A stretch of 19,009 nucleotides of DNA from an uncultured Pseudomonadota bacterium (GTDB lineage Bacteria; Myxococcota_A; Polyangia; Fen-1088): contig CAWKBC010000039.1 in NCBI GenBank assembly GCA_963847705.1, positions 1 to 19,009 of the forward strand, written 5' to 3'. Positions 1 to 6,995 of the stretch are shown here, in pieces (position 1 is the first letter of the stretch; each line of letters begins with the position of its first letter). Under the pieces are notes generated by a model. The model made no database searches. It was not told the DNA's origin and was given only the letters and a program-made list of their open reading frames with translations. The position numbers were made by a program, and so were the translations under genes.

Positions 1-165
1 TCGGTCGCCGAAAGGCCGGGGAGCGTAGCTTCTAGATCGCTCGAAAGCGCCATACGAACCGGGGGTTTTATCCCGAGCCCCCCCTCATTGCCAATGGAAC
101 GGCGCCGGCCGGTGCCGGGGCCCCAGGAATGCCCGTCGAATGGCTGACCAATCGCCGGACAAAGA

Positions 166-215
166 CCGATGAAAGCCCGATGAAACCGCGATGAACCACG
201 ATGAGAAGCCCGAGC
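166..215. repeat. Helically phased direct repeats (CGATGA core, 10-11 bp period); candidate operator
   Basis: CGATGA at 167, 178, 189 and 199 (spacing 11, 11, 10), a degenerate CGAGCA at 211, and TGATGA at 227 and 247. Confidence 0.7.
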
Positions 216-273
216 AAAAATTTGCCTGATGAGCAGCATCGGGGTTTGATGACCGTCGGTGCTCCCGCAGACA

Positions 274-807
274 ATGCCCCGGAAGCTGCTCAGGCCGCCA
301 TCAGGCTTCGAGGATCACCTCTGCCGGCGCGACGCCGCGGCCCTGCTCGGCTTCGCCAGTGAGTTCAAGGTCCGGCAGCTCGAGAAAGAGGGTCGGCTGC
401 GCCCGATCCGGGGCGCCATGGGCTCGGCCTGGTACCCCCCCGCCCAGGTCGACGCGCTGCGCGGGAAGGCCGCCCGGCCGCTCTCGCCGACTGCCCCGCG
501 CCTCCGCTGGCCCGACGACGCGCTCATCGCGCTCTTGCGCGAAAAGCCCCGCTCGGTGGTCGACTTGGTGGTCGACGCCGGGATCTCGATCTCCCGGGCC
601 GAGCGCGTCTACCGGTTCTGGCTGGCGCACGAAGGGCCGGGCGATGGCCCGGCAGGGTCGGCCGAGGGGAAAGTCGAAGGCCCAACCGAGCGGCGCAGCG
701 GCATGCGCCTCGAACACGACGCTCTCGTCCGCCAGCTCCGCGACGCCGATCCCAAGGTCCGCGTCGCGGCCTTCGAGCAGCTCAAGTCACGACGACGTAA
801 CCCGTAA
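274..807 (+). CDS. Putative DNA-binding protein: MerR/Xis(HTH_17)-like N-terminus, second HTH-like segment, C-terminal HEAT-like motif
   Basis: LCRRDAAALLGFASEFKVRQLEKEGRLRPIRG...WYPPAQVDALR fits the Xis/MerR-type HTH+wing pattern. LIALLREKPRSVVDLVVDAGISISRA resembles a wHTH; LVRQLRDADPKVRVAAFEQL resembles a HEAT repeat. Start is ATG 274 or GTG 259 (uncertain). Confidence 0.65.
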   Translation: MPRKLLRPPSGFEDHLCRRDAAALLGFASEFKVRQLEKEGRLRPIRGAMGSAWYPPAQVDALRGKAARPLSPTAPRLRWPDDALIALLREKPRSVVDLVVDAGISISRAERVYRFWLAHEGPGDGPAGSAEGKVEGPTERRSGMRLEHDALVRQLRDADPKVRVAAFEQLKSRRRNP

Positions 808-858
808 CGATTGATCGTTTGTTAGAGTACGGCCCGCTGCACCGGAATTCGACGCCGG

Positions 859-2253
859 TTAGATCTCGGCCTCCGCCAGGCTGGGCGCGGTGCGGACCAG
901 GAAGGTCGTGCGGGTGTAGTGCCACCAGGTCAGCGCCAGACAGCTCGCGTAGAAGGCCACGAAGCAGCCGAGCGCCGTGGTGGCGCCGCCGGTGGCCTTG
1001 ATCGAGGCGCCGAGTCCCCGCGGGATGAGGTAGCCGCCGCAGGCGCCGATGGCGCTGGTGAACCCCAGCACCGCCGCGCTGGTGCGCCGGGCGCGATCGA
1101 GCTCGACCACCTGCGCGGCCTCGGGCAGCCCCTCGACGGCGCGCTGGGCCTGGCGGCGGAAGATGACCGGGATCATCCGGAAGGTCGATCCATTGCCGAG
1201 ACCGGTGGTGACGAAGAGGATCAGGAACATCATCAGGAAGGCCCCGAACGAGTGCGCGTCGAGGGCGTAGAGCACACCGAAGGCGGCCACGCCCATCACC
1301 AGGAAGTTCCAGAACGTCACCCGCGCGCCGCCGATCCGATCGGCCAGACGCCCGCCCAGCGGCCGCGCGATCGAGCCGACCAGCGGCCCGAGAAAGGCCA
1401 GGTTGGCCGTCACCGTCGGGAACTGGGTCTTGATCAGCAGCGGGAATGCCGCCGAGTAGCCGATGAACGAGCCGAACGTCCCGATGTAGAGCCAGGCCAT
1501 GATCCAGGTGTGCTTCTGGCGGACCACCGCCAGCTGATCGCGGAAGGTGGAGCGGGCGCTGGTGAGGTTGTTCATGTAGAGCGCCGCGCCGATCGCGGCG
1601 ATGAGGATGAGCGGAATCCACATCAGGCCGGCGTTCTGCAGGTAGACCGGCGGCTTTCCGCGCGGGGCGCAGAGCCCGAGGTTGATGAACCCGTATCCGA
1701 TCAGGATCGGCACCAGCAGCTGCACCGTGCTGACGCCGATGTTCCCGCCGGCGGCGTTGAGCCCGAGCGCCCAGCCCTTCTCGCGGTCGGGGAAGAAGAA
1801 CGAGATGTTGGCCATGCTGGAGGCGAAGTTCCCGCCGCCCAGGCCCGCGGTCGCCGCCGCCGCCGCCATCAGCCAGAAGGGCGTCTCGGGCCGCCCCACC
1901 AGGAGCGCCAGCGCCGAGGCGGGGATCAGGACCAGAAGCGCGCTCACGATGGTCCAGTTCCGCCCGCCGAAGCGCGGCACCGCGAAGGTGTAAGGGAAGC
2001 GCATCAGCGAGCCGACCAGCCCCGGCAGGGCGACCAGCTGGAACAGCTGATCGGTCGTGTAGTGAAAGCCGATCTTGTTGAGGCGCGTCGCCACCACGCT
2101 CCAGATCAGCCAGACCGAAAACCCGATGTTCTCGGCCAGGATCGACCAGAAGAGATTGCGGCGGGCGATCCGCTTCCCGGTCGACTGCCAGTAGGTCTCG
2201 TCTTCAGGGTTCCAGTCGCGAATCCAGCGCGGCGAGGCGGTGCTCTTCTCCAT
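859..2253 (-). CDS. narK: NarK/NasA-family nitrate/nitrite MFS transporter
   Basis: WNPEDETYW...IARRNL N-terminus, PRFGGRNWT, nitrate-signature motifs GLGGGNFASSM and GLGNGSTF, LYIGTFGSFIGYS; about 12 hydrophobic segments. Confidence 0.95.
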   Translation of the reverse strand: MEKSTASPRWIRDWNPEDETYWQSTGKRIARRNLFWSILAENIGFSVWLIWSVVATRLNKIGFHYTTDQLFQLVALPGLVGSLMRFPYTFAVPRFGGRNWTIVSALLVLIPASALALLVGRPETPFWLMAAAAATAGLGGGNFASSMANISFFFPDREKGWALGLNAAGGNIGVSTVQLLVPILIGYGFINLGLCAPRGKPPVYLQNAGLMWIPLILIAAIGAALYMNNLTSARSTFRDQLAVVRQKHTWIMAWLYIGTFGSFIGYSAAFPLLIKTQFPTVTANLAFLGPLVGSIARPLGGRLADRIGGARVTFWNFLVMGVAAFGVLYALDAHSFGAFLMMFLILFVTTGLGNGSTFRMIPVIFRRQAQRAVEGLPEAAQVVELDRARRTSAAVLGFTSAIGACGGYLIPRGLGASIKATGGATTALGCFVAFYASCLALTWWHYTRTTFLVRTAPSLAEAEI

Positions 2254-2350
2254 GCCCCGACCCTAGAGGTCGCTCGGTCAAGGACGTGTAACGAAACGAC
2301 TGGTAGTTGGGAGCCAAATTCCGAAGAAGCCGTCCGCTGGGGGCGAGAGG

Positions 2351-2516
2351 TCAGGGCCCGAACGTGCTTGGCGAAGAACACCGAGGCGTCCGCTTTGCTG
2401 GCCTCTCCGGCGGCGACCGCGATGCAGATCCGGTAGAGCTCGTCGGGATCGGCGTCAGGATCTCACTTGGCGAGGCGTCGAAACACACCGCTGTAGCGCT
2501 CGTCGGCAAGGGCCAT
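2351..2516 (-). pseudogene. Probable relic of an antitoxin + Doc (death-on-curing) toxin module
   Basis: Hand translation gives MALADERYSGVFRRLAK* (2516-2463), then in the same frame DPDADPDELYRICIAVAAGEASKADASVFFAKHVR. These resemble the C-termini of doc-associated antitoxins and of Doc proteins. The Fic catalytic motif is absent. Confidence 0.55.
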
Positions 2517-2536
2517 AACCCCGGGCGGGTGGTCGC

Positions 2537-4534
2537 CTAATGGTAGACGTTGGCCCAGACGGTCTCGGCGCTGTCGTACCACCAGGTGGCCGCGGCGGTG
2601 CCGTCGGTGCCGACGGCCAGCGCGGGGAAGTCCACGCTGTCGGTGGTGTTGGTCTCGAGCAGCTCGGGCGCCCCCCAGGTGCCCCCGACGGGCAGCCGAC
2701 GGGTCCAGAGATCGAAGCGGGTGCCAGTCATTCGCTTGCGCCAGATGAGCGTCACGTTCCCGGCGGGATCGTGCTGGACGATCGGCATGGTCTCGGCGCC
2801 GAGCGTGCTGTTTGGGTCATTGTCGGCGGCGATGTCGTCCGTCTCCATCTGGGTCGGCGTCTGCCAGGCGGCGTCGGTTTGCTTCAACTGGCTGGTGAAC
2901 ACCTCATAGTTCGACCCGACCATCACGCCGAACGCAGCCGTCGCGACGCCGCTGTCGTCCAGGGTGACCGAGGGGGCGATCTGGTAGTCGAAGTTCGTCG
3001 CCTGTGAGACGGACAGCTGCGGCGCGAAGCTCCCTCCGTGCGTGTAGCGCCGCGACCAGATCTCCATCGTCGCCGGATTTCCGATGACGTCGAGCCAGGT
3101 CACGATGGCGTCCCCCGACGCGTTCGCGGAGACAGCGACGTCGTACGACGGCCCCGTGTCCAAGGTCTCGAGCAGGGCGGCGGGCTGCCAGGCGCCCGAG
3201 AGATAGGACCTCTCCCAGACGCTGATGTAGTCGGCGGTACCGCCTTCACTCTGTACCCACCCCACGAACGCGTCACCGGTCTCCGACATCGCCACCACCG
3301 GATTGCGGTCCGCGCTGTCATCACCAGGCCGCAGGATCTGCGCCGTCGACCAGGCCCCGCTTGCGGTCGATCGAATGGCGGCCGCCGGCGTGTAGAGGTC
3401 ATTCACCACCTGCGTCCAGGCGACGATGGCAGCGCCCTTCGAGTTCACCGAAAGCGCCGCGGAGACGGTGTTCAGCTTCGTAATCGCCGCCGAGGCGGAC
3501 CAGTGAATGCCGTCGCTGGAGGTGCTCTGCCACAGCCCCATGTTGGTGGCATCGTTGGGGAGATACCAGACCACCGTATAGATTCCGTTCTTGTCGACGG
3601 CAACCTGGGGTTGGTACTGGGCGACGTTGCGCGAGTCGATCGCACCGGGCGTGCCCCAGACATTCGACTGCGCGTCATAGCGGTTGGCCCAGATCTGATT
3701 TCCCTGCGCGTACGCGACCACCGCGTTTCCCAGCGCGTCGACCGCAACCGACGGACGCAGCTGCGAGGCCAGCGCAGCCCCGGCGATGCCCACCGCACTC
3801 TGCCACGACCGGACGACCGCCCCACCGCCCGCCCCGCCGGTCCCCGGCGAGCCGCCCGAACCGGGGCCCGAACCGCCTGTGGAGCCGCTGACGCCACCGC
3901 TTCCCTTGCCCGCGGTGCCGCCGCTGCCGGTCCCCGCGGTGCCGCCGCTGCCTGCCAGGCCACCACCTCCGTTGCCTGCCAGGCCGCCGTTGCCGCCCGT
4001 GCTTCCGCCGGTGCCGCCGCTGGCGGCCGCGCCCGCCGCGCCTCCGGTTCCGGAGCCTCCGGTTCCGGAGCCTCCGGTCCCGCCGGTGCCGCCCGTACCA
4101 AGAGCGCTCGCGCAGAGCGCCGAGGGCGTCCCCGCCGACAGGACCAGGTTGACCTGCGGCGCCGTCGTACCGGCACCAGCCACGATCGTCGATTGCGGAG
4201 CGGCCGCCGCGACGGAATCTCCGCTCGCGTCGAAGCCGCAAGCGACCACGTCGACGCTGCCGCTCACCGACTTCGAGACGTAGACGCCGACCTCGACGAG
4301 GGCCGATGCCGGCCAGCTGACGTCGGTTCCACCCAGTGAGGCTCCGACCTGCGCGACGACCACTCGAACATGATCGAGGCTCGACGGCACCGTCTGATCG
4401 GCCGTGATGTGCACCGGAACCACGGAGCGGCCTTTTTCCGTGCAGCTCGCCGCCGACGCGACGACGGCCGCCGCCCAGAGCAGAGGGACCGCCCAACGAC
4501 CGCCCCGCACACCTCGAGACCTCGCTAAGGACAT
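2537..4534 (-). CDS. Secreted lipoprotein: N-terminal beta-rich domain, Gly/Ser/Thr linker, C-terminal repeats (probable beta-propeller)
   Basis: Start reassigned to ATG 4534 (MSLARSR..., overlapping the upstream gene's 3' end). Signal peptide ends VASAASC. GGTG linker. About 8 repeats of PxVAVDxxGxAxVxW...W. Confidence 0.85.
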   Translation of the reverse strand: MSLARSRGVRGGRWAVPLLWAAAVVASAASCTEKGRSVVPVHITADQTVPSSLDHVRVVVAQVGASLGGTDVSWPASALVEVGVYVSKSVSGSVDVVACGFDASGDSVAAAAPQSTIVAGAGTTAPQVNLVLSAGTPSALCASALGTGGTGGTGGSGTGGSGTGGAAGAAASGGTGGSTGGNGGLAGNGGGGLAGSGGTAGTGSGGTAGKGSGGVSGSTGGSGPGSGGSPGTGGAGGGAVVRSWQSAVGIAGAALASQLRPSVAVDALGNAVVAYAQGNQIWANRYDAQSNVWGTPGAIDSRNVAQYQPQVAVDKNGIYTVVWYLPNDATNMGLWQSTSSDGIHWSASAAITKLNTVSAALSVNSKGAAIVAWTQVVNDLYTPAAAIRSTASGAWSTAQILRPGDDSADRNPVVAMSETGDAFVGWVQSEGGTADYISVWERSYLSGAWQPAALLETLDTGPSYDVAVSANASGDAIVTWLDVIGNPATMEIWSRRYTHGGSFAPQLSVSQATNFDYQIAPSVTLDDSGVATAAFGVMVGSNYEVFTSQLKQTDAAWQTPTQMETDDIAADNDPNSTLGAETMPIVQHDPAGNVTLIWRKRMTGTRFDLWTRRLPVGGTWGAPELLETNTTDSVDFPALAVGTDGTAAATWWYDSAETVWANVYH

Positions 4535-5166
4535 GAAAACCCCGCCGGGCAGGAAGCGTCCTGAGTCTTGGTGAACGCCCCGGCCGCCGCTGCCACGCCG
4601 ACACCGGCCGCCACCACCCCGGCAATCAGAGCCCAGAACCACCAGCGCCCGTACACCGGCGTCGACGCCTCGGTCGGCGGCGCGGGCGCGGGTGCGGGCT
4701 CCACGATCACGACCGGCGCGGCCGAGGCCGAGTTTCCGCCCGACGGGAGCGGCACCACCGGCGCGGGGTGCTCGGCCGCCGGCGGCGATTCACTCGCCTC
4801 CGCGCGCTGGCGCTTCAGCGCCTCCATCTCGGCGATGTAGCCGTCGATCTCGGCGTGCTCCGAGGGGGAGATGTCCTTCCCCTTGCGCAGGTAGTCGCGA
4901 AAGGTGCTGATCGCGCGCTCGGGCTCGCCCAGGTTCTGATAGCAGCGGCCGATGTTGCGGAGGTAATTGGGGTGCAACGTCTCGGCGTAGAGCTTGGCGA
5001 ACAGATCCAATGCCTCTTGATAACGACCGCCAACGAAATCTTCCCGCGCCTTGATCTCGCGCGGGTCGGTCGTGGCCCCGGCGCGCGCGCACAGGAGCGC
5101 GAGCGCCAAACAGGTCACCACCGCCACCACCTTCGGACGCAACACAGCCAACCGGCGAACGTTCAC
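4525..5166 (-). CDS. Exported TPR protein with Pro-rich linker and C-terminal membrane anchor
   Basis: Signal peptide (ALLCARAGA); TPR-like AREDFVGGRYQEALDLFAKLY...LRNIGRCYQNLGEPERAISTFRDYL; PVYGRWWFW followed by a hydrophobic helix; ends CPAGFSCP. Confidence 0.88.
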   Translation of the reverse strand: MNVRRLAVLRPKVVAVVTCLALALLCARAGATTDPREIKAREDFVGGRYQEALDLFAKLYAETLHPNYLRNIGRCYQNLGEPERAISTFRDYLRKGKDISPSEHAEIDGYIAEMEALKRQRAEASESPPAAEHPAPVVPLPSGGNSASAAPVVIVEPAPAPAPPTEASTPVYGRWWFWALIAGVVAAGVGVAAAAGAFTKTQDASCPAGFSCP

Positions 5167-5170
5167 GGGG

Positions 5171-5213
5171 CGCCAGAGTACCCCAACTCATCGCCCGATT
5201 GACCTCATTTGAC
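5171..5213 (-). promoter_or_regulatory. Putative leaderless-type promoter (TACTCT -10) with upstream GTCAA-N5-GTCAA direct repeat
   Basis: TACTCT (5180-5175) lies 8 nt before GTG 5166 with no SD. GTCAA occurs at 5213-5209 and 5203-5199. Confidence 0.45.
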
Positions 5214-5258
5214 GGGGTGACAGCGCGAGCGCGGTCACGCAGGTCGAGGTCGCACCTC

Positions 5259-6881
5259 CTACTCCATGTCGGCCATGACGATCGGCGGGTGGTGCATCAT
5301 GGTGATCTCGGGCGAGGGGCCGACGGCGCTCTTGGCCATGGCGATCGCCTCGGAGAGCGACTCGGCGCGCTCCCAGCCGAGCATCTTCGGCACGTGGGCG
5401 TTCTGGGCGCCGGCCACGATCACCTTGCCGACGTGCTGGCGACCGTGCTCGCCCCAGTACCACATGTTGAAGGGGTGAACGCCGTGGTAGGCGTTGCCGC
5501 GCCGGTACATCTCGATGTAGCTGGGGTTCTTGGCGAACTCCTCCTCGTACTTGCGGTGCATGATCATCGCATCGCGCGTCTCGGGGAGGATCCGGTTGAA
5601 GAACTCGATGTAGCTCGGGTGCTGGACGTGGTCGAACTCGTCGTAGACGGGATGGGTCAGGATCATCACCCCGCCCTTCTTCAGCACCGGCTTGCCGCGG
5701 AACATGTTGTGGAAGTACCCGAGCCCCATGGTCTGAACCAGGATGGGGTTCAGGATCGAATTGACGTTGTAGGGGCTGATGAACGGCACGCCGCAGATGA
5801 GGATGTCGGCCTGCCCCCGAACGTGCACGGCGTACTGCTCGAAGCAGCGGACCAGCGTCTTGGCGTGCACCGGCTCCGTCTTGCCGGCGTGGACGGCGAT
5901 CATCTGATACTGCGACGGGATCGCCTGAAACAGCTTCCGTTTCGCGCCGGCGGGCAGCTTGCTCAGGCTCCAGCGCATCGCCTCGAACTTCAGCCGATCG
6001 ATCTCGGTGAACTCGTCCTCGTTCTTCGACAGGAAGGCGGTGGGTCCGGCGAACATCCGGTTGTTCAGCACCGTCTCGATGTGAAAGACGTTCAGGTGCT
6101 GCTGGACGATGGCCCCCTGCCGCTCGATCTTGGTGTTCATCGTCGAGTGCTTGGGGTCCATGTAGCCCGACGAGCGCATCGTGGTCGGCTCGTGGTGCGG
6201 CCGGGTCACCTCGTAGTCGCCCAGGCCGATGGTCACCGACTTGTGGCCACCGTCCATGGGGACGAAGTTGATGTTGACGTAGATGACGAGGTCGCTCTCC
6301 ACCGCGCGCCGGTGGATGTTGACCACCTCCTTGTGCTCGGTCGTCCCCAGGTGAACGAAGCCATCGGGGTCCTCGACGTCGTTGCAGTAGTACCGGTCGG
6401 GATAGAAGGCGTCGTGGATCTTCGCGCCCACCATCCGCTTCATCTCGGGCTCGGTCATCTTCCGGTGCAGGCAGGTGGCGACGATGATGTGAACGTCGTC
6501 GACGCCGTTGGCGTCCAGCATCTCCAGCAGGATCTCGATGATGGTCTGCCGGATGTCCGGGGTGGCCATGGGCGGCAAGGGCACGCTGATGTCGTCGACC
6601 GCGATGGTCACCCGCATCCCGGGCGCCAGCTGCGCGTAGAGCGGATCGGCCTCGAGCGGGTGGTTGAGCGCGTAGCGGATCGCCGCGCCCGGGTTGGCCA
6701 GCCCCTCGATGGGCGGCTTCGGGTAGATGACCCGCGTCCCGATGGGCAGGTCCTCCAGCAGCAGATCCTCGCCGGAAAATAGAATGCGCGGCGCGGAATC
6801 CCCGTCGATGTAGACGACCTGATCGTCTTCCTTGTTGCGGGGGACAGGCCCGCGCAGAACCTTTGGAGCGCGTTCTCTCAT
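5259..6881 (-). CDS. Lactate racemase (LarA)/DUF2088-family protein
   Basis: [49 protein letters not shown] and LKKGGVMIL motifs of the LarA fold; SD-like AAGGTG upstream. Confidence 0.85.
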   Translation of the reverse strand: MRERAPKVLRGPVPRNKEDDQVVYIDGDSAPRILFSGEDLLLEDLPIGTRVIYPKPPIEGLANPGAAIRYALNHPLEADPLYAQLAPGMRVTIAVDDISVPLPPMATPDIRQTIIEILLEMLDANGVDDVHIIVATCLHRKMTEPEMKRMVGAKIHDAFYPDRYYCNDVEDPDGFVHLGTTEHKEVVNIHRRAVESDLVIYVNINFVPMDGGHKSVTIGLGDYEVTRPHHEPTTMRSSGYMDPKHSTMNTKIERQGAIVQQHLNVFHIETVLNNRMFAGPTAFLSKNEDEFTEIDRLKFEAMRWSLSKLPAGAKRKLFQAIPSQYQMIAVHAGKTEPVHAKTLVRCFEQYAVHVRGQADILICGVPFISPYNVNSILNPILVQTMGLGYFHNMFRGKPVLKKGGVMILTHPVYDEFDHVQHPSYIEFFNRILPETRDAMIMHRKYEEEFAKNPSYIEMYRRGNAYHGVHPFNMWYWGEHGRQHVGKVIVAGAQNAHVPKMLGWERAESLSEAIAMAKSAVGPSPEITMMHHPPIVMADME

Positions 6882-6888
6882 TTCACCT

Positions 6889-6995
6889 TTAGCGTAGGTC
6901 CCAAAGATGACCGGAGGGTCATCGCAAGTCCCAAAGATGACCGCAGGGTCATGGTAAATCCCAAAGATGACCGCAGGTCATCTCAAGTCCAAGAT
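6889..6995. repeat. Tandem ~30-bp repeat (3 full units plus partial copies), each full unit with a GATGACC-loop-GGTCAT(C) hairpin
   Basis: CCAAAGATGACCG starts at 6901, 6931 and 6961; partial GTCCAAGAT at 6987. The array overlaps the HAD stop codon. Confidence 0.95.

Noticed and set aside
226-270. CTGATGAG followed by a GAGCA...TGCTC stem, suggesting a hammerhead ribozyme
   Set aside because: No GAAA after the stem, and no stems I/III with a cleavage triplet could be built.
800-830. TAAC...GTTAG as an integron attC site
   Set aside because: Far too short, lacks the internal boxes, and no integrase or cassette context.
3786-4283. Pro-rich ORFs (also 9611..9934 and 10860..11327)
   Set aside because: Reverse-complement readings of Gly-rich linkers in real lipoproteins.
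6898-6995. The 30-bp array as a CRISPR or TIGR array
   Set aside because: The variable parts are only ~7-9 nt and related to each other and to the gene end; only 3 units; no cas or tas-like gene in the window.
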